From Macrostomum lignano (taxonomy: Eukaryota): a stretch of 64,000 bases of DNA. Below, piece after piece: positions 1-12,519 of the stretch. A model generated the notes under the pieces. That model ran no database searches, was not told where the DNA came from, and saw only the letters and a list, made by a program, of their open reading frames with translations. Numbering within the stretch: position 1 is the stretch's first letter; each line of letters starts with the position of its first letter. Where the stretch lies: contig NIVC01002029.1 in the NCBI GenBank assembly GCA_002269645.1, positions 124,001-188,000 of the forward strand, given 5' to 3'. A program made the translations under genes and the position numbers.

Positions 1-1
1 C

Positions 2-358
2 GGCAACAACGGATTCGATCGGACGAGCCGGCAGCGCGTCATCAGCAACTGCCTGACCGAGGACGAGGCCGAGGACAGCAGCAGCGAAGCGGCCGCCTCC
101 GACTGGGACTCCAGCAGCGTCGGAGACTCCGACCCGGGGCGCCCGGCCGATCCTCGGGTCCGGCAGGATTCCTCGGAGCAGCAGAAGCTTGGCCTGGCGT
201 TCCTGTCTGAGGCGAGGGAGATTTTCGTGGCGCTGAGTCGGGCGGCGCCAGAGCGCCTGGTAGACAGCGCCGCCCGACTGAAACCCGAGGAGCGGCTGCG
301 GGTCGAGGCGATGGCGGCGGCGAGGGAGGCGGCCGGCGAGCCCGAGACTCAGCTCTGA
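2..358 (+). CDS. 3' end of a gene entering the window; probably an importin-beta family member (IPO7/8/9-like C-terminus)
   Basis: GC-rich open frame from 2 to TGA at 356-358: GNNGFDRTSRQ...acidic stretch...IFVALSRAAPERLVDSAARLKPEER. The IF...P...L..E.R spacing matches the terminal helices of importin-7 as I recall them. Family call is tentative. Confidence 0.45.
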   Translation, partial: GNNGFDRTSRQRVISNCLTEDEAEDSSSEAAASDWDSSSVGDSDPGRPADPRVRQDSSEQQKLGLAFLSEAREIFVALSRAAPERLVDSAARLKPEERLRVEAMAAAREAAGEPETQL

Positions 359-361
359 CCA

Positions 362-597
362 GCTGATTAGCTAATTAGGACTGTCTGAACAACTAATTAG
401 GACTGTCTGACCAACTAATTAGGACTGTCTGACTAACTAATTAGGACTGTCTGACCAATATAATTAGGAGTGTCTGACCAATTTAATTAGGACTGTATGA
501 CCATTTTAATTTAGGGCTGTCTGACCATCTAATTAGGACTGTCTGACCATCTAATTAGAACTGTCTGACCAATTTAATTAGGACTGTCTGACCAACC
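362..597. repeat. ~20-21-bp minisatellite CTAATTAGGACTGTCTGACCA, ~11 copies
   Basis: Visible tandem array starting right after the stop at 358. Confidence 0.9.
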
Positions 598-1793
598 GAT
601 AAGAAACGTCTGATCAGCTGATTAGTATGTTTTGATACTCTATCAACTTTCTGCCATTTTAAATGCAATTGTTTTAGCAATTACTACATCTAGTTATTGA
701 TGTTTAATTGACAATTTGTATTGGATTTCATTCTTACATTGTTTTTATTCCATGCACTTGCGATACTACTACTTGTACTACTACTAAATGGCTAACTCTA
801 TACTACTTATCAGTAACAAGCAGGCCAACCAACCGCACTATATAGCTAGTTGAATGTTTATCGCTGCGCGATGGCCCTTAATCATTGCAAAGTTTCTGTT
901 CCGCAGCTTCTGTTCTACATCATCTTTTTTTAAGCAGTTCAGTTCTATGGGTAACTTACAGGTAAAGAAGGTAAGGATTTGTTATATTCCATTATGCTTT
1001 TCTGACATTCCATTCAACGCCTGCTATTTATTGCCACGAACTAGTCCCAGTTTAAATAAATCTTTATTTCTAAGAAATTTTTGTTATAGTAACTGTCCCG
1101 CTCTGTTTTAAAATAGCTGATTTCTTAGAAACCAACATTCCACTGCTGCGGTCGGATCACGCACACTCTAGGAAAGCGAGAAAAATAATGTATTTTTATT
1201 TATATTTTTTGCCGTTTAGTGAGCTTTGATTATTAAATATTGGTATTCGGAATTCTGTGAACAAATTTTCAGTGTTTTAAAAAACCGCCTTTTCGTGACA
1301 GTTTCATTTATACATGTTTATTGTTTTACTGACTGGCTGCGCTTTGTAATACATTTATTTTTTCTATTATTTTCTTCTAAGGGAAGTTTAATTATCTAGG
1401 CTTGAGTGAGCTCAGTAGTTTAATCTACTCAATAAATCAGCCAGACACATGTACATGTCATGATGAAAATAAAATGGAGCTATCTGTGACTAGTGGCGTC
1501 TTTATATAAATTTACTCTGGCATTGAAACAGGCTCTTGGGCCAGAGAGTTTAAGTATTGTGCACAGTTGTTCCTTATTTTGCACAAAGTTTATCGGCAGT
1601 TAATTATTTTACGATTGATGTTACACACGGTTATATTGTACCATAGACGCTAATTATCATCAGAAAAGTTAATAGAAACTCAGAGATAATACTCTGCTAG
1701 ATATGTAAGCTCTAGTCATTTTATTCAAACAGCATTTTAAAACTTCTGACGCAAAAAAGGTACAGAGTAAAGGCTGAAAATTTTATTCGAACT

Positions 1794-1832
1794 ATGCACT
1801 ACTTGACGTACTCTCTGATGCTGCACTTGTTG
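1794..1832 (+). CDS. NCSTN: Nicastrin exon 1 (signal peptide, MHYLTYSLMLHLL)
   Basis: ATG at 1794, GTAAGA donor at 1833, phase 0. Joined to 2819 it gives a signal-peptide-like MHYLTYSLMLHLLWGQGQT ahead of the region aligning to mature nicastrin. Confidence 0.6.
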
Positions 1833-1991
1833 GTAAGACTTGTTTTCACTGTTATTGCTGATGGCCTTTTAAACCAGGTAAAAATAATCTTCAATGAGAT
1901 GTACTGTACAAGCGGAGCTTCGATAAGCCACCAAGCCCCACCCCAAATCAGATGTACACTCAAGCCCTCCTCACTCCGATAAACCGCCAGG

Positions 1992-2731
1992 TAGGGGTCA
2001 CAATCCCGGGATTTAGGGCTTTTTCCGGGATCCCCGGATCCTGGGATTCACAGTGTCGGGATTCAATCCCGGAAAGTAAATGCTATGTTTTTATAATGTC
2101 TGATATAATAGCAATTAGCAAGACATAAGTCTTTTATGGCAGTTAGGTAAAATATGGAACATCATGCTTCCATGTCCACTCTCCGTTGCCCACTTTGTAA
2201 AATTTTTTATGTTGTTTTGAGTTCAGTCTTGTTTAAATAATTTAACGTTGATTTTAAACTTTGAACTCATCGTGCATGTCGTGACAACCTGACAACGTGA
2301 ATGCCCACTGCCCAGACAGTAGTAGGTTGTGATTGTTAATGTAATATATACATTCATATTGCTTTGCACAGTGATACATGTATATATTGCATAATCTAAT
2401 ACATGTTATACATAATATATATGCATATTAAAATATTGATATTACGAGTAATAATATACTACTATAATATTTAATATACTACGAGTATGATAACGTCATT
2501 GTTATAATGTTGTATATTACATTACCAGCCTAGCATAACCCTTTAGCTCCTACCATAACTGTTAGCGTTATAAAAATGTCATTCGCAGCATTTTTATAAC
2601 ATTATAACCATGTTATAACAAGGATGGTACTGGAAAATATCAATCCTGGGATAATCCCGGGATCCCGGGATTCGACATTTCCTAATCCCGGGATCCCGGG
2701 ATTAACAGAGTACGGGATTTTTTTACCCCTA
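1992..2731. mobile_element. hAT-type non-autonomous element (MITE) in nicastrin intron 1
   Basis: Ends TAGGGGT...ACCCCTA; perfect 8-bp TSD CCGCCAGG at 1984-1991 and 2732-2739; clustered ATCCCGGGAT subterminal repeats at both ends; no transposase. Confidence 0.88.
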
Positions 2732-2818
2732 CCGCCAGGCGCCAAGCCCTACCCTAAAATCAGATGTACACACGGTCCACAACAGTCCAACCCGCCAATC
2801 TCCCCAACACTTGAACAG

Positions 2819-3262
2819 TGGGGCCAGGGCCAGACGTTGAGGCACAAGCGAGTGTACCGGTCTGTGGGCAGTCACAGTCTTGGCTACTGCGTCCAGATGG
2901 TGACTGGCAGCAGCCGACAGCCAATCGGCTGCCAGAGCCGCATCGGCGGCAATTTCGGTCAACTTCGATGGTGGCTTGACGAAGCCGACCAGTTGAACAG
3001 CGCGGGGGACGCCGCTACTGGCGCCGGCAGGCACTTGGTAGCGGTCGTCAATGACTCGGAGTTCCAGCGTCAGTGGCGGAGAAACTTCGCCGATTGGGGC
3101 AGCGTGAGCGGCGCCATCGTGTTGATGCAGTCGGAAGCTGAGGCTGAGGCTGGCAATCAGACAGCTGCCGCTGTGCGGTGGAGCGGCGGCTGGAACCTGC
3201 CCGACGAACTGCAGGTCGTAGCGGCCCAGGTGCCAATCCCGTTCCCGGCCGTGCTAATTACG
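2819..3262 (+). CDS. NCSTN: Nicastrin exon 2 (small lobe)
   Basis: KRVYRSVGSHSLGYCVQMVTGSSRQPIGCQSRIGGNFG resembles human [42 protein letters not shown]...PFPAVLI resembles WNSLGNG...FPIFLL. Acceptor AG 2817-2818, donor GTAGGT 3263. Confidence 0.85.
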
Positions 3263-3435
3263 GTAGGTGTGCAGATTAGTATCTTATTACATTCTGGACT
3301 TCCGGGTAACGAATGGCGCTGAATGGCTTTTCGCCATAGACAAATCTGCGCTATAAAAATGCACTACAGAGACGGAACAGCTGGGACACAACCGCGTTCA
3401 TCCCCACCCCTCGCTCCTTCTGCCGTCCCGCTCAG

Positions 3436-3831
3436 GCGGACACCCTCGAGGCCGCCGCAGGCCAGTCGTTGCCGAGCCTTCGCCGACTGGCCCGTCTACA
3501 TGCTGGGCTGCACTTTGGCTACTCGGGCCTCACCAACAGCCGTCGGTGCCGCAGGCGCCAGCAGGCCAGGCTCACAGCCGCCCTGGGCCGCTACCTTACC
3601 GGCGAGCTCCAGCCCGGAGCCAATCTGCTGTGCGACTCCCTCGCCGAGGAGTCCTTGGCCTGGACGGCGGCCGAGCTGCCCAGGGCTGTCAGCCGCGGGA
3701 ATCGCAGCGTCCTGCTAGTTGTCGCCAGGCTGGACCAGTTCAGTGTCTTCGCCAACTGGCAAGTCGGCGGCGAGCAGCTGCACAACAGCCTGGCTGTGGC
3801 TGCGTCTCTGGCCGGGGCTCTGGCCGCCTGG
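3436..3831 (+). CDS. NCSTN: Nicastrin exon 3
   Basis: LCDSLAEESL...VLLVVARLDQFSVFANWQVGGE resembles VCDPLSDYNV...[22 protein letters not shown]. Acceptor CTCAG ends 3435, donor GTGAGT 3832, phase 0. Confidence 0.9.
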
Positions 3832-3844
3832 GTGAGTTGTCTTA

Positions 3845-5059
<1,215 letters not shown>

Positions 5060-5061
5060 AG

Positions 5062-5886
5062 CCCCTGCCGCCGTCAATCCCGCAGCCGGAGGTCACGGCA
5101 CCGCGCCAGTCAGCCTGGGCCGGTCGTGACGTGGCCCTGCTGCTGCTGACTGGTGAGAGCTACGGCCACCTGGCCAGCCGGCACCTGGCAGACCAGTTGC
5201 TAGGCAACGGGCTGCTAGGCGGCCGCGGCGAGCCGGCAGCCGTGAAGGCGGATCACGTGCACAGCATCGTGGAGCTGGGACCGCTGAGTCAGGCTGGTGG
5301 CAACCTGAGCAGCTTCAAAGACAACGAAAGTCCGCCCGCCTGGTCGGCTCTAAGCATCCTTCGCCCAGCAACAAAGCGACCCGGCTTGTTGCTAACCAGT
5401 TTCCATGGAAACCAGTCAGCAGCTTTTAAATCGTCGCTAATCGAAGCGTCTCAAACGCTGCTCAGAATGTCGGTCGGCTTCCTGCTCTCCGGCCAGGTCG
5501 GCTCTTCAAACATCTCCCAGCCCGCTGAGCTCAGCGCGGCCGCTGCTGCCCGACTGGCTGAGGCCGAGGACTGCCTGCGCCTGCGGGTCGGCCGGCGCTG
5601 CAGCGCCATCTTCGACGGCCCGGACCTCCAGCAGGGCCGGCAGGCGCTGGCCCGCAGTCTGCACCGCTGGCGCAGGGGTGTCGGCGTCGCGGCCAGTCTG
5701 GGCCCGGAAGGTCCGATCGCCAGTGCCGCCAACTCGGCGTTGAAGCAGTTGGGGCACGCCGTGGGGACGCGACTGCTGCTGAGCAGCCTGCTGCTGCGGT
5801 TCACCCTGCGGCCGCGGCGGCCGGGGCAGCCGGACGGATGTCCGAAAATTCCTAAGGACGATAGTGCGCCGGTCAGGGGCTACTGG
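5062..5886 (+). CDS. NCSTN: Nicastrin exon 4 (large lobe, DAP region)
   Basis: RDVALLLLTGESYGHLAS...VHSIVELGPL resembles RNVMFVFFQGETFDYIGS...VDSFVELGQV. Acceptor TCAG ends 5061, donor GTGAGT 5887. Confidence 0.9.
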
Positions 5887-5898
5887 GTGAGTGCATAG

Positions 5899-6168
5899 AT
5901 TAGCAATCCATCTGTGTAGATAGACTAGCAATCCATCTAAGTAGATAGACTAGCAATCCATCTAAGTAGATAGACTAGCAATCCATCTAAGTAGATAGAC
6001 TAGCAATCCATCTAAGTAGATAGACTAGCAATCCATCTAAGTAGATAGACTAGCAATCCATCCAGAGGCAGACTAGCAATCCACCCAGAGGCAGACTGGC
6101 AATCCACCCAGAGGCAGACTGGCAATCCACCCAGAGGCAGACTGGCAATCCACCCAGAGGCAGACTGG
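5899..6168. repeat. 25-bp then 23-bp units with a TAGCAATCCA / TGGCAATCCA core, nicastrin intron 4
   Basis: TAGATAGACTAGCAATCCATCTAAG changes to CCAGAGGCAGACTGGCAATCCAC. Confidence 0.9.
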
Positions 6169-6190
6169 CTTTATTACCCCTTTCCAACAG

Positions 6191-6484
6191 GTGCTGCTAA
6201 ACGGCAGCCGGCACTGCCAGTTCAGCTCTCTGGCCAGTTTCTGGCTGGGCCCGGACAATCCGGACAATGAGTCATTGCCGGACTGGTCAATGTCCGTGAC
6301 GGACAGTCAGCCCAAGCTAGTTCTGTTTGTGACCGCCTCGGCCAGGGTTCAGTGGCTCACGGCTGCCTTTGGCTTCGTGCTGGGCCTGCTGTGGACTCAC
6401 CTGACCGCCGCGGCGGCTCTGCACTGGCAAGAAATGCAACAAAAAGAATCGCCGAGCCAAGAGGCCGCTCAGCTGAAGAAGTGA
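6191..6484 (+). CDS. NCSTN: Nicastrin exon 5 (TM helix and short tail)
   Basis: PDWSMSVTDSQPKLVLFVTASARVQWLTAAFGFVLGLLW resembles [37 protein letters not shown]. Acceptor CCAACAG ends 6190, stop TGA 6482-6484. Assembled protein about 665 aa. Confidence 0.88.
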   Translation: MLLNGSRHCQFSSLASFWLGPDNPDNESLPDWSMSVTDSQPKLVLFVTASARVQWLTAAFGFVLGLLWTHLTAAAALHWQEMQQKESPSQEAAQLKK

Positions 6485-6584
6485 TTTACACTAAAGTTTA
6501 CGATGTATTGCTTCGATTTCAACTAATAACAATGACTTATTACTATTGATTAGCAATACGCACATAGCAATACACCGTAAATAT

Positions 6585-7455
6585 AGATTAGCAATTCACT
6601 ATGGAGATACTCGTAGGATTAGCAATCCGCTATAGGAATAGATTAGCAATCCACAACAGGAATAGATTAGCAGTCCACTATAGGAATAGATTAGCAATCC
6701 ACTATAGGAATAGATTAGCAATCCACTATAGAAATAGATTAGCAATCCACTATAGGGAATAGATTAGCAGTCCACTATAGGAATAGATTAGCAATCCACT
6801 ATAGAAATAGATTAGCAATCCACTATAGGGAATAGATTAGCAATCCACTATAGGGAATAGATTAGCAATCCACTATAGGGAATAGATTAGCAGTCCACTA
6901 TAGGAATAGATTAGCAATCCACTATAGGAATAGATTAGCAATCCACTATAGAAATAGATTAGCAATCCACTATAGGGAATAGATTAGCAGTCCACTATAG
7001 AAATAGATTAGCAATCCACTATAGGGAATAGATTAGCAGTCCACTATAGAAATAGATTAGCAATCCACTATAGGGAATAGATTAGCAGTCCACTATAGGA
7101 ATAGATTAGCTGTCCACTATAGGGAATAGATTAGCAATCGACTATAGGAATAGATTAGCAATCCACCATAGGAATATATTAGCAATCCACTATAGGAATA
7201 GATTTGCAATCCACTATAGGAATAGATTAGCAATCCACTATAGGAATAGATTAGCAATCCACTATAGGAATAGATTAGCAATCCACTATAGGAATAGATT
7301 AGCAGTCCACTATAGGGAATAGATTAGCAATCCACTATAGGGAATAGATTAGCAATCCACTATAGGAATAGATTAGCAACCCACTATAGGAATAGATTAG
7401 CAATCCACTATAGGAATAGATTAGCAATCCACTATAGGAATAGATTAGCAATCTA
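6585..7455. repeat. 24-25-bp array TAGATTAGCAATCCACTATAGGAA, ~35 copies
   Basis: Seen directly, downstream of the nicastrin stop. Confidence 0.95.
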
Positions 7456-8057
7456 TTCCACGACCACGACCACACCACACCAATATCCACGACCACAGTG
7501 AATATAGATTAGCATTCCACCGGGGAGATGCTTATGGAGCTGGATCGGGTGTAAAAATAAAGCAAAGAAGAAGACTGACTTAACCACCTAGACGAAGGCT
7601 CGATTTATTAAGTAACAGAATGTACTTTTAGCTTCGTACTATGGCTACTACTATTGTTTATTAACATTATTTAGTTGAGAATCTAGTACGGTAATGGAAA
7701 CTGGTAATTGGCTAGCTGATATAATAATTATATAAATATGGTTTCAATTTAAACAAATAATGATCAAACGCTGTTTACGTTGCATTCGAAAATGAATTAG
7801 AGTCATTATACTTCGAGAAAATGCTAAATCCAGGATTACAGTAAAAATGCAGCTAGTTAGTCGGGCGCAAACCATGTCAGTCAGATGAGTACGAGTTGCC
7901 GTCAGCTTCTCCTGAAATATTGAGTAATAAATTATGACTTGGAAACATTTGAGTCATGTAAATATTTGGTAAAGTAGAAGTAGAAGTAGCCCTGACTCTA
8001 TTCCACAGGCTGCCTTGGGGTTGGAAGAGGGGAAATCAATATAGCTTGAATGAAATA

Positions 8058-8975
8058 TTCCTTTTTGCGGCCTAGTTGGTACTGCAAGCTTTCAGTTTAA
8101 TCATAGATACGGAAATCAGGCTTGCGAGACTGAAAATTTTCTGTCTATGGTCAACACTCGCTCTGGCATAGCGGAGTTCAATTTAATCATGGGGCATCAA
8201 TTTGATCATTCTATGCATTCAATGCACATTTTTACAGTTAGCGAAACCTGTTTTTAACTTGTTTTTACATCATATGATCTTCGGAGAGACTATGACGGCA
8301 GTTAGGTTCCAGACGTTCATCAATGATCTGGTGCAAAGCGTGACGAGTCGTGGTGATGTACCTGATGGCGAGGAGTCTGTGTGATCATGGATGGAGCCCG
8401 TTTTCATCATGGAGTGACAATCCCAGATCAATTTCAGCCCGTTTGGCGCCTGGTGACATTGCCTCCTTACTTGCCATTCCTCAATCCTGTGGAAAACGCG
8501 CACGCCTGCCTGAAGGCAGCCATCAAACGCCAGCTGGCTCAACCACAACTGCAAGAAGAGCTGGACACTCCGCCTGATGGTCATTCGCTACGAGAGTGGC
8601 GAATCCTTGTCCTACAGAGGGTTGCAGAGGACGCAACCCGTGAAGTGACCGTTGCCAAATGCGGAGGCTGGTACCGGCAGATGCTGAGGTTTATTCCAGC
8701 CTGACTCGACTACATCCGACGCTAAAGCTTTTATTTGTTTATTGTGTTGTTCTGTTTTAGATTTTCTCAATGATAAGTAAACGACTTGTGTTACAGCACT
8801 GGATATCTAACGTTATATGATTAGAATGATCAAATTGATGCCCCCAGGATTAAATTGAACTCCGCTATGCCAGCGAGTGTCGACCATAGACAGAAAATTT
8901 TCAGTCTCGCAAGCCTGATTTCCGTATCTATGATTGAATTAAAAGCTTGCAGCACCAGCTAGGCCGCAAAAGGAA
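8058..8975 (+). mobile_element. Internally deleted IS630/Tc1-mariner element with ~155-bp TIRs and a frameshifted DDE fragment
   Basis: 8058-8213 is the inverted copy of 8822-8975, flanked by TA. VIMDGARFH...LPPYLPFLNPVE at 8381-8494 matches the IS630/Tc1 motif DNxxxH...LPPYSPxLNPIE. Frameshift near 8380. Confidence 0.88.
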
Positions 8976-8981
8976 TATTAG

Positions 8982-9600
8982 TATGTACACCCATCGACAA
9001 CCACCCTATGCCCTCTCTGCGCTTCCTTCCTCTCTAGAGTTAATTCTGACTGGCTGGGCGCAGAGCAGACAAAAAGAAATTTAATGGACTGGGGGAGGGA
9101 AAGCAGTATAGCTTGAATGTACATTTATTGACAACCACCCCACGCCCTCTCTGCGCTCCCTTCCTCTCTAGAGTTAATTCTGACTGGCTGGGCGCAGAGC
9201 AGACAAAAAGAAATTTAATGGACTGGGGGAGGGAAAGCAGTATAGCTTGAATGTACATTTATTGACAACCGCCCCACGCCCTCTCTGCGCTCCCTTCCCC
9301 TCTAGAGTTAATTCTGACTGGCTGGGCGCAGAGCAGACAAAAAGAAATTTAATGGACTGGGGGAGGAAAAGCAGTATAGCTTGAATGTACATTTATTGAC
9401 AACCACCCCACGCCCTCTCTGCGCTCCCTTCCCCTCTAGAGTTAATTCTGACTGGCTGGGCGCAGAGCAGACAAAAAGAAATTTAATGGACTGGGGGAGG
9501 GAAAGCAGTATAGCTTGAATGTACATTTATTGACAACCACCCCACGCCCTCTCTGCGCTCCCTTCCTCTAGAGTTGATTTTGATTGGCTCGGCGAAGTAC
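8982..9600. repeat. 134-bp tandem repeat, ~4.5 copies
   Basis: Near-identical ORFs at 9040, 9174 and 9308 (period 134). The first, degenerate copy is interrupted by the Tc1-like element. Confidence 0.93.
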
Positions 9601-10005
9601 AGACAAAATGAAACTTAATCGCGGACTCACTCCAAAGGGAGCTGCTTAGCTCTAAAGTAACGCATTTCCTGTGGTCGTCCTAAAATTGTGGAACATTTAA
9701 ATGAATAATTAATTTTGTTTGAAAAAAATACGTTTAAAAAATATGTTTTAAATTCTACCCCTGGTTAGTGGATAGGGACAATATAGCAAATTTCATGCTA
9801 ATCTACTTTAGCTACGAGCGTACATTAAGTTTAATTAACCTTAATAAATTTTATTGTCAATGCATGCAAAAGTATAAATTACGATAAATCAGAAGGTTTC
9901 TATATTAAACTACTAACAGTAAGCGAAATATCTATTGTTCACATTGACTGGAATAATGATAAAAAAGTGACTAATTTTGCTAGCGAACTACTAATAGTAC
10001 GAGTA

Positions 10006-10583
10006 CTATAAAACTGCAAAGCATGGCAAAAAAAGGTAAAAAAAACAATAATGATTTTGCTGGCGATATGCACTGACCGGGTTAGGGCTGAGGCGGAAGC
10101 GATCTCTTCTACCGGTACCCAAGCGGCTGCAGCGGCCTCTGCCGCACCTACCGTCTCTTTGGAACCTGCTGCCGCCGCCGCCACCGACGCTTAGCTGCAC
10201 CGTCTCGGCGACAAACGGCGACAACGACATCGAGCCGCTGCCCCCATCGAGTATCGAAGCTGCCCGCTGTGGTGTCGGAGTCGACGACGGCGACAGATCG
10301 TCGGGATCGGACTCCGGGATCCGGGTGAGTCGAGGAGCTCGCCGACGCATCAGTCGGCGATGGCCGCCATCGCTTCCACCGCCGCGACTTCCAAAGCCGC
10401 CGCCAACGCTGCCGCCGACGCTGCTGCCGACGCCGCCGTTGGCGTTTCGACGACCGGCTCCGGCGATGCAGCGGCTCCACAGCAGGACGGCCACCGCCAG
10501 GGAGACGGCCACCGCCGCGCAGGCCAGCATCGCCCACAGAGTTGTCATGCCGACGTCCAGCTTGTAGGAGGCGGCGGGGTCCG
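10006..10583 (-). CDS. IGSF9: IGSF9-like exon 7 (TM + cytoplasmic tail)
   Basis: Hydrophobic LWAMLACAAVAVSLAVAVLLW followed by a Gly/Ser-rich tail. The 3' end is uncertain: a GTAGGT donor at 10151 could lead to an exon I did not find. Confidence 0.7.
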
Positions 10584-10632
10584 CTGCCGGATGGGGGAGA
10601 AAGAAGGGAGTTGAAGCTGGCGGGTGTGGCGG

Positions 10633-10910
10633 AATGAGGTGGGTGTCGGATTGAGGTGGGTGTCGGATTGAGGTGGGTGTCGGAGTGAGGTGGGTGTCGG
10701 AGTGAGGTGGGTGTCGGAGTGAGGTGGATGTCGGATTGAGGTGGGTGTCGGATTGAGGTGGGTGTCGGAGTGAGGTGGGTGTCGGATTGAGGTGGGTGTC
10801 GGAGTGAGGTGGATGTCGGAGTGAGGTGGGTGTCGGACTGAGGTGGGTGTCGGACTGAGGTGGGTGTCGGACTGAGGTGGGTATCGGACTGAGGTGGGTG
10901 TAGAAGTGAG
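10633..10910. repeat. 17-bp array GAGGTGGGTGTCGGA(T/G/C)T, IGSF9 intron 6
   Basis: Seen directly. Confidence 0.93.
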
Positions 10911-10947
10911 GTTGCAGATGCAGAGCCCCCCAGGCCTTCCAGCTCAC

Positions 10948-11178
10948 CGGAAAACAGCGCAGTGTCCAGGCTGAGCTCCGGGCAGGGCTTACTGCACTTT
11001 AGGCTGCCGCAGGCCACGGCTCTCAAATGAAGGAAAGCGACGCGACGCTCAGTCAGCAGGGCGGCCGCGTCCACAGTCAGTTCAGTGAGGGGCGCCGACA
11101 CGGGCGGCAGGCTCTGCCAGCGCCGGCTGTCTGAATGGAGAGTCAGGGCAGGGCCGGTGGGAGCTCGTCGTTTACAGA
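10948..11178 (-). CDS. IGSF9: IGSF9-like exon 6 (end of FN3-2)
   Basis: CTCTCAG acceptor and GTGAGC donor, phase 1-1. Reads RWQSLPPVSAPLTELTV...FLHLRAVAC, in frame with track ORF 10148..11101. Confidence 0.75.
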
Positions 11179-11204
11179 CTGAGAGAAAGTAAGTTTAACC
11201 GAAC

Positions 11205-12035
11205 ATCTGCCTCCACTGTCTCCCAAGTCACTCCACTGTCTCCCATGCCACTCCACTGTCTCCCATGTCACTCCACTGTCTCCCATGTCACTCCCATGTC
11301 TTCCATGTCACTCCACTGTCTCCCATGTCACTCCACTGTCTCCCATGTCACTCCACTGTCTCCCATGTCACTCCACTGTCTCCCATGTCAGTGGAGTGGA
11401 GTGAAGTGGAGTGGAGTGGAGTAGAATGTCACTCCACTGTCTCCCATGTCACTCCACTTTCTCCCATGTCACTCCACTGTCTTCCATGTCACTCCACTGT
11501 CTTCCATGTCACTCCACTGTCTCTCATGTCACTCCACTGTCTCTCATGTCACTCCACTGTCTCCCATGTCACTCCACTGTCTCCCATGTCACTCCACTGT
11601 CTCCCATGTCACTCCCATGTCTTCCATGTCACTCCACTGTCTCCCATGTCACTCCACTGTCTCCCATGTCAGTGGAGTGGAGTGAAGTGGAGTGGAGTGA
11701 AGTGGAGTGGAGTGGAGTAGAATGTCACTCCACTGTCTCCCATGTCACTCCACTGTCTCCCATGTCACTCCACTGTCTCCCATGTCACTCTACTGTCTCC
11801 CATGTCACTCCACTGTCTTCCATGTCACTCCACTGTCTCCCATGTCACTCCACTGTCTCCCATGTTACTCCACCATCTCCCACTGTCTCTTATATCACTC
11901 CACTGTCTCTCTGTCACTTCATTGCCTCCCATGTCACTCCACTGCACCACTGTCACTCCAATGCCCCCACTGTCACTCCACTGCCTTCCCTGTCACTCCA
12001 CTGTCTTGCATGTCACTCCACTGTCTCCCTGTCAG
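11205..12035. repeat. 20-bp array ATGTCACTCCACTGTCTCCC with two inverted (GTGGA)n inserts
   Basis: Inserts at about 11391-11425 and 11672-11720. Confidence 0.93.
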
Positions 12036-12519
12036 TCCACTGTTTTTTTTTCTATTTATAAATAACCGGTCTTAAAAGATAGTGTGAAAGTGTACCAAGC
12101 ACTCAAATTTACCTATTATAATGTCTTATCTACAGTATAATGATTAATTATCATTTAATACAACCCAGAGATTCGACAGACATCCTGAACCGGTAGAGGT
12201 CAGACTTGCAAGGGCAATCAGACTGATTGCTAGATCATATTTGAGCAAACAGTGTTCTGGTAGCCTCGGGATTAGATTAATAATCGTTGGCTCATATTGA
12301 GACCAGGTAGGTCCACGTGACAGGTTGGCGGCTTTGCCTGTTTAAACATCACAGATTTCAGGCCGTGTTTAGCCAGTGGACTCTGAGTCAGTGAAAGATG
12401 AGCTGCCTCCTTTGGCGTATGGAAGTTTTCTATTTATTTGATTGTGTTTGCGCCACTTTTTGAGATGGTTTTGGTTTTAGCGCCGAGATAACTGTGATAA
12501 CTAGGATAACCGATAGTTT

